From an uncultured Christensenella sp. (GTDB lineage Bacteria; Bacillota; Clostridia; Christensenellales; UBA3700): a stretch of DNA of 64,000 bases. The first letter of the stretch is position 1. Each line of letters begins with the position of its first letter. The stretch is taken from contig CAJTXS010000005.1 in assembly GCA_910583735.1 (NCBI GenBank), positions 20,828 through 84,827 on the forward strand, in the 5' to 3' direction. The translations under genes and the position numbers were made by a program. The notes below the pieces were generated by a model. The model worked only from the letters and a program-made list of their open reading frames with translations, searched no databases and had not been told where the DNA came from. Positions 63,218 to 64,000 of the stretch are shown piece after piece.

Positions 63218-63961
63218 CTATATCAACAAAATTTGCTGAATATAGCCGAGTAATGTACCTTCTTCTGAACCCATCATTTGAAAATAATAGGTATAATCAT
63301 TTTTATTCAAGTATACATATTCAATTTTGTTTTCATAATCAAAATAATAATTTATTTCTTTATTATCAGCATCTACAGTGCATAGCTCATAAAAATTATG
63401 CAATATATCCATCTTCACGTTATTAGGAGCAACATATGCCTTTAATTCAAACGTATAATCGTAATGTAATACATATCCTTCTTGACCTATGCAGTACACT
63501 GTTTCTTCATCTTTATTAGAAGCATACGCTCTTTGACTATCCGGTTGATACAATATATTATCAAAATCAAGCTTCAATATATTCCAGCCAATAACGGAGG
63601 CATATTCGTTTATTGACTGACTAATTTTCTTAATCACATATTGCGAACTATCGCAATAGAAATCACTCGGACCTTCCGGAAGTGTAGAAGGAGGTACAAT
63701 TCCGTCTCCGTTGCCCCTATTGGTCAAGGTCATAGGCAGCGCTATAGCGAGAGCGACTACTACCACGACAGCAATCCAGCTAAGATATGCAGGTCTAAAT
63801 CTCCTTGCCGTAGCGGTCTTAGAAGTTGTATTAACGCTTACGTCGTAAGTATCCACATGCTCGTCTCCTCCAAGGAGATGCGCCTCGATGTGTCTATTCA
63901 ACTTTTCGCTATCCATATCGGCGGGATTGTCCAGCCTGTTATGGAACTTATCTAACTTCAT
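63218..63961 (-). CDS. Hypothetical single-pass membrane protein (anti-sigma-like topology), very AT-rich
   Basis: 247 aa: a cytoplasmic N-terminus, the TM segment YLSWIAVVVVVALAIALPMTL, then an extracytoplasmic Tyr/Asn-rich domain. The 60-nt sample 63301-63360 has 8/60 G+C. Confidence 0.55.
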   Translation of the reverse strand: MKLDKFHNRLDNPADMDSEKLNRHIEAHLLGGDEHVDTYDVSVNTTSKTATARRFRPAYLSWIAVVVVVALAIALPMTLTNRGNGDGIVPPSTLPEGPSDFYCDSSQYVIKKISQSINEYASVIGWNILKLDFDNILYQPDSQRAYASNKDEETVYCIGQEGYVLHYDYTFELKAYVAPNNVKMDILHNFYELCTVDADNKEINYYFDYENKIEYVYLNKNDYTYYFQMMGSEEGTLLGYIQQILLI

Positions 63962-64000
63962 TATGTCTCCGCACTTATAGTATATAATGTAATATATTAT

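Noticed and set aside
1-64000. Search for CRISPR arrays, tRNA/rRNA genes, IS elements with inverted repeats, toxin-antitoxin pairs and known defence systems (RM, Abi, CBASS, retrons and others)
   Set aside because: By eye I saw no regularly spaced direct repeats, no tRNA T-arm (GGTTCGAATCC-like) or rRNA sequence, and no transposase, integrase, nuclease/helicase or methyltransferase defence signatures among the ORFs. This was not a computational scan.

Overview
This window looks like a chromosomal segment of a moderate-GC Firmicutes/Clostridia-type anaerobe (inferred from gene content and operon order). Almost every gene is on the minus strand, packed tightly, often with ATGA or TAATG stop/start overlaps. 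I saw no rRNA, tRNA or CRISPR array.

Recognisable content, in window order:
- A partial lipoprotein gene.
- secA.
- A complete histidine operon (TrpR/YerC-like regulator, then hisZ-G-D-C-B-H-A-F-IE).
- A fused double-DUF1538 permease with two PII-like proteins.
- An hfsABCD-like sensory [FeFe]-hydrogenase operon: 2Fe-2S ferredoxin, HydS-PAS, PP2C phosphatase, YfcE-like phosphoesterase, group-B-like hydrogenase.
- A PflX-like radical SAM gene.
- A hydrolase / membrane protein / NfeD / FloA flotillin operon.
- rsmF-like and rluA-family genes.
- A strongly AT-rich islet (TetR + YciI-like) joined to a truncated conjugative-element sigma/HTH module.
- ung, a PHP histidinol phosphatase, an Fe-ADH, an LRR lipoprotein.
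- sigH-like, rlmB, thyX and mrnC.
- An unassigned four-gene cluster: HemL-like class III aminotransferase with a Lys/Ala tail, FGGY kinase and two class II aldolase-family proteins.
- A roughly 1,930-aa surface protein.
- An M28 peptidase.
- pgk-tpiA-gpmI, purF, degV, ybaK-like, glnS, fhs, a GNAT, a mini PPTase, malQ and an orphan ACP.
- An AT-rich membrane protein gene at the right edge.

I recognised no canonical defence or toxin system.

The most unusual item is the giant membrane protein at 41392-47193. Its predicted cytoplasmic tail ends in a domain that aligns convincingly with the C-terminal half of ribosomal protein uL15.

Other candidates for undescribed biology:
- the DUF1538/PII module;
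- the aminotransferase-kinase-aldolase cluster;
- an attenuator-like leader in front of the lipoprotein gene.

All domain calls come from motifs read by eye. No database search was run.
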